The notes under the pieces are model-generated. The model saw only the letters and a program-made list of their open reading frames with translations. It was not told where the DNA came from and did no database searches. Position numbers and translations under genes: made by a program. From the NCBI GenBank assembly GCA_963819655.1, contig CAWFXA010000003.1:384001-448000 (forward strand): a stretch of DNA of 64,000 nucleotides. Direction: 5' to 3'. The DNA comes from an uncultured Chloroflexia bacterium (GTDB taxonomy: Bacteria; Chloroflexota; Limnocylindria; Limnocylindrales; CSP1-4). Shown here piece after piece: positions 19,525 to 28,654 of this stretch (its first letter is position 1; every line of letters begins with the position of its first letter).

Positions 19525-22290
19525 ATGTCGACCCCACCCGTCACCCCGGATCCCCGGATCGTGTCGCGGCCTGCGTCGGAGCTCCGTCAGCGCTTCATCG
19601 AGTTCTTCGCCGAGCGCGGCCATATGGTCGTCCCGAGCGCGAGCCTCGTGCCGGCCGGCGACCAGACGCTGCTGTTCACGAACAGTGGGATGGTCCAGTT
19701 CAAGGATGTCCTGACCGGCGCCGAGACGCGCAGCTACGCGCGCGCCGTCGACTACCAGCGCTGCCTGCGCGTCGCCGGCAAGCACAACGACTTCGAGGAG
19801 GTCGGGCGCACGCCACGCCACCACACCCTCTTCGAGATGCTCGGCAACTGGAGCTTCGGCGACTATTTCAAACGCGATGCCATCCATTACGCGTGGGACT
19901 TCCTGACGCGCGATCTGGGGCTGCCGGGCGAGCTGCTCGCCGCCACCACGTACACCACCGACGACCTCGCCCACGAGATCTGGCGCGACGAGATCGGGCT
20001 GCCGCCGGAGCGCCTGGTCCGCTGGGGCGACTTCCCCAACGGCGATGAGAAGAACTGGTGGCGGATGGCCGACATCGGGCCGTGCGGGCCGTGCAGCGAG
20101 ATCCATTTCGATCGCGGGTCGCACCTGAGCGAGGGTCCCGAGTGCATCCCGGACCACAGCGAGACGTGTCCTCGCTGGCTCGAGATCTGGAACCTCGTGT
20201 TCATGGAGTTCGAGCTCCATCCCGACCGCTCGCTGACCCCGCTGCCGGCGCCCGGCGTCGATACCGGGATGGGCCTCGAGCGCCTCGCCAGCGTCGTCCA
20301 GCAGGTGCCCACCAACTACGACACCGACCTGTTCACGCCGATCCACGCACGGATGCGCGAGCTGCTCGGGCACGATCCCGACGCGTTCGAGCAGGAGCGC
20401 TTCAGCTACCAGGTCATCGCCGATCATTCACGCGCCGTCACGTTCCTCATCGGTGACGACGTCCTTCCCAGCAATGAGGGGAGGGGCTACGTCCTGCGAC
20501 GGATCCTGCGGCGCGCCGTCCGCCACGGCCGTCTGCTGGGGCGGCGTGAGCCGTTCATGGCCGCCACGGCCGAGGTGGTCATCGACGTCATGGCCGACGC
20601 GTACCCCCACCTCGTCGAGAAGCGGGACGTGATCCTCGCCACGATCGCGCGCGAGGAGGCGCAGTTCGCGCGCACGCTCGATGCCGGGACGGCTCAGCTC
20701 GAGGAGGCGCTCGATGCCCTGTCAAGGGCTGAGCGCGTCATCGGCCGGGGACCCGAGGACCTGCCTGCGGACGCCCCGCGACTCCCCGGCGACGTCGCCT
20801 TCCGGCTGCACGACACGTACGGCTTCCCGGTCGACCTGACCGCGGAACTCGCGGCCGAATACGGGGTGGCCATCGATCGCGAGGGCTTCGACGCCGCGCT
20901 CGCCGAGCAGCGCGAGCGCAGTCGATCGGGCAAGAAGGCCGAGCTCGCCAAGCACGCCGAGTCGACGTCGCTGTACAGCGCCATCCAGGCGCGCAGCGGC
21001 GACACCGAGTTCCTGGGCTACGAGACGACGACCGCCGAGGGCCGCGTCGTCGCGATCGTCCGCGACGGGATGGAGTACGACGAGCTGACCGGTCTCGGTG
21101 AAGCCGAGGTCGGGCTCGACCGGACGCCGTTCTATGCCGAGGGCGGCGGACAGGTCGGCGATCAGGGAGTGCTGCGCGAGCCCGGCGGCGGAAGCCCGCT
21201 GTTCACGGTCGAGGACACCCAGCGTCCGGTCGGTGGCTTGATCGTCCACCGTGGCACGCTCCGGGGTCGGCTCAACGTGGGCGCGACCGTCGAAGCCGTC
21301 GTCGACGCATCGCGGCGCGCCGACACGATGCGCAACCACACGGGGACGCATCTCCTGCATCGGGCGCTCCGCAACGTGGTGGGCAACCGGGCGCGTCAGG
21401 CCGGCTCGCTCGTGCACCCCGACTACTTGCGCTTCGACTACCCGTTCGACCGGGCGCTCACCGATGACGAGAAGCGGGCGATCGAGGACGAGGTCCGCGC
21501 GGTCATCCGCGACGATCGCCCTGTGACGGTCCAGTTCATGCCGATGGCCGAGGCCATCGAGCAGGGTGCGGACGCGTTCTTCGACGAGAAGTATGGCGAG
21601 ACCGTGCGCACGGTCCGCGTCCAGGACTACAGCTTCGAGCTGTGCGGTGGGACACACTGCCGGGCCACTGGCCAGATCGGCGGATTCGTGATCACCGGCG
21701 AGCGGAGCATCGGGTCCGGCCAGCGGCGGATCGAGGCCGTCACGGGCGCCGGTGCGGACAGGCTCATCCGCGAGAGTCTGGAGACGCTCGATCGGCTTGC
21801 CGACACGGTCGGGGTGCCATCCCTGGACCGGCTCGAAGACCGCGTGACCGCATTGCAGGAGGAGCTGCGCGAGGCGCGTCGTCGCCTGCGGGCCGGCGCG
21901 GGCAGCTCGGTCCCCAAGCCGGCCGAATTGGCCGCCCGAGCCGAGGAGGTCGCGCCCGGTGTTCGGCTGGTCGCTGCGACGGTGCCTTACGAGTCGATGG
22001 ATGCGCTCAAGGCCGCCTCAAAAGAGGTGCGGGCCGTCCTCGGGAATGGCGTCATCGCGATGTTCCTCGATGCCGAGGCGCCGGGGGTATGGGTGACGGT
22101 GTCTGACGACCTGGTCGGCCGCGGGTTGTCGGCGGGTGACCTCGTCAAGGTCGCGGCGGGGCCGATCGGGGCCAAGGGCGGCGGCCGGCCGCAGATGGCC
22201 CAGGGCATGGGCACGCGACGCGAAGGACTGTCGGAGGCAGAGGCCGCGCTCCGCAGCTCGATCGCCGAGCGGCTCGGCGCGGGGGGCTGA
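19525..22290 (+). CDS. alaS: Alanine--tRNA ligase
   Basis: LLFTNSGMVQFK, HHTLFEMLGNWSFGDYFK, GPCGPCSE, DTGMGLER, NHTGTHLL, ELCGGTH, KGGGRP. Confidence 0.98.
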   Translation: MSTPPVTPDPRIVSRPASELRQRFIEFFAERGHMVVPSASLVPAGDQTLLFTNSGMVQFKDVLTGAETRSYARAVDYQRCLRVAGKHNDFEEVGRTPRHHTLFEMLGNWSFGDYFKRDAIHYAWDFLTRDLGLPGELLAATTYTTDDLAHEIWRDEIGLPPERLVRWGDFPNGDEKNWWRMADIGPCGPCSEIHFDRGSHLSEGPECIPDHSETCPRWLEIWNLVFMEFELHPDRSLTPLPAPGVDTGMGLERLASVVQQVPTNYDTDLFTPIHARMRELLGHDPDAFEQERFSYQVIADHSRAVTFLIGDDVLPSNEGRGYVLRRILRRAVRHGRLLGRREPFMAATAEVVIDVMADAYPHLVEKRDVILATIAREEAQFARTLDAGTAQLEEALDALSRAERVIGRGPEDLPADAPRLPGDVAFRLHDTYGFPVDLTAELAAEYGVAIDREGFDAALAEQRERSRSGKKAELAKHAESTSLYSAIQARSGDTEFLGYETTTAEGRVVAIVRDGMEYDELTGLGEAEVGLDRTPFYAEGGGQVGDQGVLREPGGGSPLFTVEDTQRPVGGLIVHRGTLRGRLNVGATVEAVVDASRRADTMRNHTGTHLLHRALRNVVGNRARQAGSLVHPDYLRFDYPFDRALTDDEKRAIEDEVRAVIRDDRPVTVQFMPMAEAIEQGADAFFDEKYGETVRTVRVQDYSFELCGGTHCRATGQIGGFVITGERSIGSGQRRIEAVTGAGADRLIRESLETLDRLADTVGVPSLDRLEDRVTALQEELREARRRLRAGAGSSVPKPAELAARAEEVAPGVRLVAATVPYESMDALKAASKEVRAVLGNGVIAMFLDAEAPGVWVTVSDDLVGRGLSAGDLVKVAAGPIGAKGGGRPQMAQGMGTRREGLSEAEAALRSSIAERLGAGG

Positions 22291-23552
22291 TGGCGTTCTG
22301 GCGCCGCATCTGGCAGCGCGATGGCGCCGACAGTCTCGCGGCGTGCACAGCACTCGACGTCGGGACGGAGTTCGCCAAGGCGCTCGTGTTCGAGATCGAC
22401 GATGAGGGGCTGGGCACTGTGCGCGGGGTGGGCAGGAAACGGCAGGGCCTATCGCACATGCAGTCGGGGACCGTCGCGGACATCGCGGCGGTCGTCGATA
22501 ACTGCGCCGTCGCGCTCCAGGAGGCCGAGGAGATGGCCGGCTTCCGGCCGAGCCAGGTCGTGATCGGCATCGCCGGAGAGCTCGTCAAGGGGTTCACGAC
22601 GACCCACAGCCAGGAACGCAGGAAGCCCGACCAGCCGATCTCCGAGGCGGAGCTCCAGAAGCTCATCGACGGCGTCCAGCGCGAGGCGCTGGGCGAGGCG
22701 GAGCGGGCGATCACCTGGGAGACAGGTCTGCCCCACGTCGACGTGCGGCTCGTCCACGCCGCGGTGACCGGCGCCTCGATCGACGGCTACGCCCTCACGA
22801 ACCCGGTCGGCTTCCAGGGTCGTCACGTCAAGATCGGGATCTTCAACGCCTTTGCGCCGCTCGTTCACCTCGGGGCGTTGCAGAGCGTCGCGTCGCAGCT
22901 CGACCTCGAGCTGCTCGAGATCGTCGCCGAGCCCTATGCCGTGGCCCGCGTCCTCGGCACGGAGCAGATCCGCCAGTCCGGGGCGCTATTCGTCGATGTC
23001 GGCGGCGGCACGACGGACGTCGCGCTCGTTCGCCAGGGCGGGATCGAGGGCACGCGCATGTTCGCGCTCGGCGGTCGGGCCTTCACGAAGTCGCTGGCCG
23101 ACCGGCTCGACCTACCGTTCCCACGAGCCGAGTCGCTCAAAGTCGACTATGCGCGCGGCATCCCGATCGAGCGCCGGGAGGACATCGCGAACATCATCGG
23201 CGAGGATGTCAGGGTGTGGGCCGCCGGTGTCGAGCTCGTGATGGAGGAATTGTCGGGTGGTGACCTGCTGCCCGGCCGGATCTACCTGTGCGGCGGCGGG
23301 TCCCGCCTGCCGGAGATCCGCGAGGCCCTGGCGGCCGAGACATTCTGGAAGCGCATGCCGTTCGCACGGCCGCCCGAGGTGGCCGTCCTGTCTCCCGACC
23401 AGATCGACACGGTCGTCGATGCGACCGACCTGCTCGTCGACCAGCAGGACGTGACGCCGCTAGGGCTGGCGTACCAGGCGATCGAGCTCCAGACCACGGC
23501 AGATCCACTCGAGGTCGCGCTCCGACGGGTGTTGCGCGCGATGAAGGTCTGA
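22290..23552 (+). CDS. FtsA-like actin-family ATPase (not linked to ftsZ)
   Basis: ALDVGT (phosphate 1), AEPYA, VDVGGGTTD (phosphate 2), GGRAFT, CGGGSRL (adenosine); SHS2-like insert; C-terminal amphipathic helix. Confidence 0.85.
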   Translation: MAFWRRIWQRDGADSLAACTALDVGTEFAKALVFEIDDEGLGTVRGVGRKRQGLSHMQSGTVADIAAVVDNCAVALQEAEEMAGFRPSQVVIGIAGELVKGFTTTHSQERRKPDQPISEAELQKLIDGVQREALGEAERAITWETGLPHVDVRLVHAAVTGASIDGYALTNPVGFQGRHVKIGIFNAFAPLVHLGALQSVASQLDLELLEIVAEPYAVARVLGTEQIRQSGALFVDVGGGTTDVALVRQGGIEGTRMFALGGRAFTKSLADRLDLPFPRAESLKVDYARGIPIERREDIANIIGEDVRVWAAGVELVMEELSGGDLLPGRIYLCGGGSRLPEIREALAAETFWKRMPFARPPEVAVLSPDQIDTVVDATDLLVDQQDVTPLGLAYQAIELQTTADPLEVALRRVLRAMKV

Positions 23553-23555
23553 CCC

Positions 23556-25525
23556 ATGGAGGTCCGCATCCTCTACCTCGACATCGACGACGAGATCACG
23601 ACGGCGGCTGCGCGCGTCCGCGGCGCCGAGGGCACCCGGATCTCGATCGTTCTGCCCAACGGATCGCGGTTGGCGACCTCGCGGATCAATTTCCGGCTCC
23701 TGGCACGCGACGCGACGCTCAACAGCAAGCAGCTCTCGATCATCTCCGGCGATGCCGCCACGCGGGCATTGGCCGCATCCGCCGGGTTGCCGATCTTCGC
23801 GTCGGTCGCTGAATACGAGTCGGCACTCGAGGCCGAGCGTGGCGCCAAGGGTGCGGGCTCGACCGAGCCCGCGGTGAGCGCCGAGTCCGGAGACACCGCC
23901 GGCGCCGTCGGTGCGGCCGCCGCCGCAGGAGCGGCCGCCGCAGGAGCGGCCGCCGTGGAGGGTGCTGCCGGCGTGACCGGCGCGTCCGAGCCCGAGAGGG
24001 CGCCCTCCGTCCGGTCGGCCCGGTCGAGGCGCAAGCCGCGAGCGCCGATCGAGACCGGCGACGAGACGATGGGTCTGTTCCCGCCACCCGTGCAGGCTGG
24101 AGACGTGACCACAGGTACGGCGGCCGCCGGTACGGCCGCGGCAGTGGCGGCCGCGCCGGTGCCCCCGGACCGTGGCAGAGGGCTGAGGTCGCCCCGCCGC
24201 CCTTCGTGGCCGCGACACGCAGCCAGGTCGGCGTCCCGCGTGGCCCCGCAGCCATTCCCGCGGCCCGGGTCATGGCCGACACGCCCCCCGATGTCGTGCC
24301 CGCGGCGCCGTCCCGCGTGACTGGTTCGCGCGTCCTGCCCGCACCGATGGGGCGGCAACTCCTGCCGGCCACGCTGCGCACGCCACTGGTCATCGGGCTG
24401 GCCGTCCTCGCGCTCGCTCTCGTCGTCGGCGGCGTGGGCGCCTACGTGTTCCTGCCGACAGCCACCGCGGTCATCACGCCCCGTGAGGCGGCGATCGGAC
24501 CGCTTCCACTGCGGATCGTCGCTAGCCCATCCGCCACCGAGCCCGATCCGGTCGCCAGGACGGTTCCGGCCCAGACCAAGACGTTCGACGTCGAGACGAG
24601 CCAGACCTTCACCGTCACGGGCAAGCGAGTCGAAGAGACCGAAGCCAAGGGCACTGTCCGGTTCCGCAACAAGGACTTCACGTCCACGAACACGATCCCG
24701 CGCGGCAGCATCGTGAGCACCCAGTCGGGCGTCCGCTTCCGGACCGATCGCGCGGTGACGGTGGCACGCGCCGAGCTCGTCGGGCTCCAGGTCTTCCCCG
24801 CGTCCGCGACGGTCAAGGTGACGGCCGTGAAGGCCGGCACCGCCGGGAACGTCGAACCGAACACGATCCTGGTGATCCCGCGCGGCGAGGACCCACTGAC
24901 GCTCGACGTCACGAACCCGGACCAGACCAGCGGCGGCAAGCGGGACGAGTTCCCACAGGTCAAGCAGGCCGACATCGATGCCGCGACCAAGGCGCTCGGA
25001 GAGGGACTCGCGACCGCCTTCCAGGAGAAGCTCGCCGACCCGGCGCTCGTCGCCGATGGGTCGACCGTCTTCGGCGAGACCGCGTCCCTCGGCACGCCGA
25101 CGTACACGGTCGACCCGGCGACACTGCTCGGCGACGAGATCGAGACGTTCGATCTGGGCGCCTCGGCCAGCGGCACCGTCCTGACGGTCGACGAGGCCTC
25201 GGTGCAGGTCGTCGCGGAGGCGAACATCGCAAGCCAGGTCCAGTCGGGCTACGCCCTGGTCGATGGCTCCAGCACCATCGACGCGTCGCGCGGCGAGGTC
25301 CAGGACGGCGTCATCTCGTTCCCGGCGATCATCACCGCCCGCCAGGTCCTGTTGCTCGACCCGACGGCGATCGAGGCCGAGATCCGCGGCAAGTCGTTGG
25401 CCGACGCAAAGTCGATCCTCGACGGATACGGCCGCGCCGAGCTCGCGGTCTGGCCGGACTGGGTGGCCACGGTCCCGACGCTCGATGCTCGCGTCGATGT
25501 CCGCACGACCGAGGCAACGCCATGA
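23556..25525 (+). CDS. Bitopic membrane protein with baseplate J/gp47-like ectodomain (1-bp frameshift at C5 run 24162-24166)
   Basis: ORFs 23556..24320 and 24206..25525 join into 656 aa if one C is added; TM LVIGLAVLALALVVGGVGAYVFLP; AKGTVRFRN, IPRGSIV, VTAVKAGTAGNV, VTNPDQTSGG motifs. Confidence 0.75.
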
Positions 25526-26019
25526 CGGGATTCCTCGGCATCGACCTCGGGGAGCGGCGGATCGGCATCGCCATCTCCGACGGCCCGGACGTGGGCGCGC
25601 GCCCGCTCGCGACGATGCCCCGTGGACGCTCGATCGACGCGGACGCGTCGGCGCTCGGATCCCTGATCGACACGCACGCGATCGACGAGCTCGTCGTCGG
25701 ACTGCCGCTCGACGCGGCCGGGCACGAGGGCTCGCAGGCGGCCGCGACCCGCGCCTGGGTCGACGCGCTCAGGACAGTTCTCGGAGAACGGGTCAGAATC
25801 GGGTTTCGAGACGAGCGCCTGACCAGCCACGTCGCGGAGACGCGGCTCGGTCCGATGCCGCGCGGCCGCTCGGGCGGACCGCCGTCGCGCCAGCAGCGCG
25901 ACGCGTACCGGGCCCGGGTCGACCGTGAGGCCGCGTCGATCATCCTGCAAGATGAGCTGGACAGCCGCCGGGCGACCGGGTCCGCTCCGACCCGACCGAC
26001 GATGGAGAGCCGACCATGA
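25522..26019 (+). CDS. ruvX: RuvX/YqgF RNase H-like nuclease
   Basis: LGIDLGERRIGIAISD, VVGLP, DERLTS, VDREAASIILQ. Confidence 0.93.
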   Translation: MTGFLGIDLGERRIGIAISDGPDVGARPLATMPRGRSIDADASALGSLIDTHAIDELVVGLPLDAAGHEGSQAAATRAWVDALRTVLGERVRIGFRDERLTSHVAETRLGPMPRGRSGGPPSRQQRDAYRARVDREAASIILQDELDSRRATGSAPTRPTMESRP

Positions 26020-27407
26020 CGATCCGCTCCGGCGGACGCCCGCGCGACCAACGACCCCCGCACGCCCGCCGCTACGAGGCCGATGCCTATGCGACGGACT
26101 ACGTGCCCGAGGACTTCGAGCCGTCGCGCCGGTACGGCCCCGGTGGCGGCAACGGGCGGCGGCGGGGTGGCGGTGGCAGCGGCCTCGGCGGGGTGGTCAA
26201 GTTCCTGCTGTTCGCGCTGCTGCTGGGCGGGCTCGTCCTCATCGTGGCGCTCACGGCACTCCGGCCGGTCGTCAACAACGCGATCCTGTCGTGGGCCGAG
26301 GACAGCCCGGCCGCCCTGAGCCTGCCCTTCGTCGCCGATATCGTCCGCGAGGACATCGGCACGTCGCTGACGCAGCCCGTCTCGAGCGACCCGGAACAGG
26401 TCGAGTTCGTCATCGCGGAGGGGGATACTGCGTCGTCGATCGCGGCGCGACTCGAGGTCGAGGGGCTGATCCGTGATCGCCGGGCGTTCATCTTCATCGC
26501 GAGCGAGCGTGCGCTGACCGGGTCGCTTCAGCACGGGACCTTCGTGCTGCGCAAGAACATGACACCCGATCAGGTCGTCACTGCGCTGCTCGCTCCGCCG
26601 GAGGACCCCTACGTCGAAGTCGACCTACGAACGGGACTCCGCCTCGAGCAGATCACGGCCAAGCTGCAGACCCTTCCACTCGAGATGGATGTCCGTGCGT
26701 TCTACGAGCTGGCCAAGGAGCCGCCGGCGACGCTCCTCGCGGATTACCCGTGGCTCCGCCGCGCCCTGGCCGACGCGCCCGAGGGCGCGTCACTGGAAGG
26801 CTTCCTGTGGGCCGGCAATTACCGGGTGCTGCCCGATACGACGCCCGAGGAGCTGCTTCGCAAGATGCTCGACGCGTTCCACGAAGCGATCGGCGACGAC
26901 AAGATGAAGGTCCCGGCCGAGCGCGGGATGTCGTTCTACCAGGTGCTGAGCCTGGCATCGATCGTCGAACGCGAGGCCGCGCTCGACGAGGAGCGGCCGC
27001 TGATCGCTGGCGTGTACCAGAACCGACTGAACGGGATACCTGGCATCAAGAACAAGATCCTCAATGCCGACCCGACGGTCATCTACGCCAACGACACGGT
27101 CCAGCTGGCCGCGCTCGACTTCGAAAAGTGGCAGGACTACCGCTTCTGGACTGTGCCCGAAGGCGTCGCTCTCCGGGACGTCCCGCTGCCCGAGGAGTTG
27201 ATGGGCTACCAGACGTACACCCAGCCGGGTCTCATCCCGGGACCGATCGTTACCCCGACGGTCGCCTCGATCGACGGGGCGCTGCACCCCGACACGGCCG
27301 ATAAGTACATCTACTTCCTGGCCATCCCCGACACCAAGCAGCATGCGTTCGCCAAGACCGCCAAGGAACACGAGGCAAACCGGAAGAAGTACGGCTACAT
27401 CCAGTGA
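26016..27407 (+). CDS. mltG: Endolytic transglycosylase MltG
   Basis: N-terminal TM; LEGFL, LASIVEREA, IAGVYQNRL, ADPTV, GLIPGPI, YIYF. Confidence 0.92.
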   Translation: MTIRSGGRPRDQRPPHARRYEADAYATDYVPEDFEPSRRYGPGGGNGRRRGGGGSGLGGVVKFLLFALLLGGLVLIVALTALRPVVNNAILSWAEDSPAALSLPFVADIVREDIGTSLTQPVSSDPEQVEFVIAEGDTASSIAARLEVEGLIRDRRAFIFIASERALTGSLQHGTFVLRKNMTPDQVVTALLAPPEDPYVEVDLRTGLRLEQITAKLQTLPLEMDVRAFYELAKEPPATLLADYPWLRRALADAPEGASLEGFLWAGNYRVLPDTTPEELLRKMLDAFHEAIGDDKMKVPAERGMSFYQVLSLASIVEREAALDEERPLIAGVYQNRLNGIPGIKNKILNADPTVIYANDTVQLAALDFEKWQDYRFWTVPEGVALRDVPLPEELMGYQTYTQPGLIPGPIVTPTVASIDGALHPDTADKYIYFLAIPDTKQHAFAKTAKEHEANRKKYGYIQ

Positions 27408-28654
27408 CGGTGGCCCGCGCCGGCTGGCCGTCGCCGGCCGATTTCGGGGTCGCGCCCAGCGCCGCCGACATCACTCGTTGGGAGGACGCCGACCGCTCAG
27501 CCAGGCCGGCCAGGCTCGCCCGTCTGCGCGCCCGATTCGCGGATGCGGGCATCGACGCCTACTACGGCGTCCGCCGCGAGCACATGCGTTATCTCACCGG
27601 TTTCACGCTCGCGGAGGGCGAGGAGAGGATGGCCGGAAACTCGGGCCAGTTCCTCGTCGGGGGCGACGACGTCGTGGTCTTCGCCGATTCGCGGTACGCG
27701 ATCCAGGCCCGACGCGAGGCGCCGGAGGCCCGCCTCGAGGCCGTCTACGGCGACCTGCCGTCGCGCTGGCGGGACCTCGTCGGCTCGATCGGGGCGCGGC
27801 GGGTCGGGGTCGAGGCCGGGTTCGTCCCGCACGCCGTGTGGGCCCGGCTCGCGGCCGCGGCTCCGGACGTCGACCTCGTCCCGATCGAGGGTTGGATCGA
27901 AGGCGACCGGGCGACGAAGGAGCCGTCCGAGATCGAGCGCATCGCGGCCGCCTGTGCGGTCGCCGACCGTGCCCTGGCGACGCTGCTCCCTGACATCGTG
28001 CCGGGCGCGACCGAGGCCGCTCTCGCACTTCGCCTGGAGTGGCTGATCCGCACCGGCGGAGCCGAGGCGCTGGCCTTCGACGTGGCCTGTCTGTCCGGTC
28101 CGGAAGCGGCGCTGCCGCACGGCGCCCCGGGCGATCGACCCGTGCGCGACGGCGCGGTCCTGCTGTTCGACTTCGGGGCGCAGGTCGCCGGTTACCGGAG
28201 CGACATGACGCGAACGCTGTTCGTCGGTGAGCCCCTCGCGCGCGATCTCGACGTGTACGAGCTCGTCGCACGGGCACAGGCAGAGGCGATCGGGGCGCTC
28301 CAGGAGGCGGTCGAGCGGGTCGGGGCCGGGGTAGGGGAATTACCCTCCGGTCGGGCTGTGGACGGGGTGGCCCGAGACGTCATCGCCGCCGGCGGACACT
28401 TCGACCACTTCGGCCACGGTCTGGGCCACGGCATCGGGCTCGCGACGCACGAAGCTCCCTCGCTGAGCGTGCGAGCGCCCGAGACGCCGCTCCCGAGCCC
28501 GACCGTGTTCTCGATAGAGCCGGGCGTCTATCTCGACGGCGAGACCGGCGTCCGGATCGAGGATCTGGTCACCATCGACACGGGCGCCGGGCGCCTCGAG
28601 CGCCTCACCCGTTTCCCCCGCGAGGTCGTGGTGGTGGGCGGGGACGTCCGCTAG
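27404..28654 (+). CDS. Xaa-Pro aminopeptidase (M24B)
   Basis: Creatinase N domain; ALPHG, DFGA..GYRSDMTRT, HGLGHGIG..HE, SIEPGVY, GVRIED. Confidence 0.92.
   Translation: MTVARAGWPSPADFGVAPSAADITRWEDADRSARPARLARLRARFADAGIDAYYGVRREHMRYLTGFTLAEGEERMAGNSGQFLVGGDDVVVFADSRYAIQARREAPEARLEAVYGDLPSRWRDLVGSIGARRVGVEAGFVPHAVWARLAAAAPDVDLVPIEGWIEGDRATKEPSEIERIAAACAVADRALATLLPDIVPGATEAALALRLEWLIRTGGAEALAFDVACLSGPEAALPHGAPGDRPVRDGAVLLFDFGAQVAGYRSDMTRTLFVGEPLARDLDVYELVARAQAEAIGALQEAVERVGAGVGELPSGRAVDGVARDVIAAGGHFDHFGHGLGHGIGLATHEAPSLSVRAPETPLPSPTVFSIEPGVYLDGETGVRIEDLVTIDTGAGRLERLTRFPREVVVVGGDVR

Noticed and set aside
23925-23955. 15-bp Ala-rich repeat in the baseplate-like protein linker
   Set aside because: Low-complexity linker expansion only.
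23556-25525. Prophage, tailocin or T6SS locus
   Set aside because: No sheath, tube, spike, capsid or other baseplate genes; the protein has a TM anchor and sits in a core operon.
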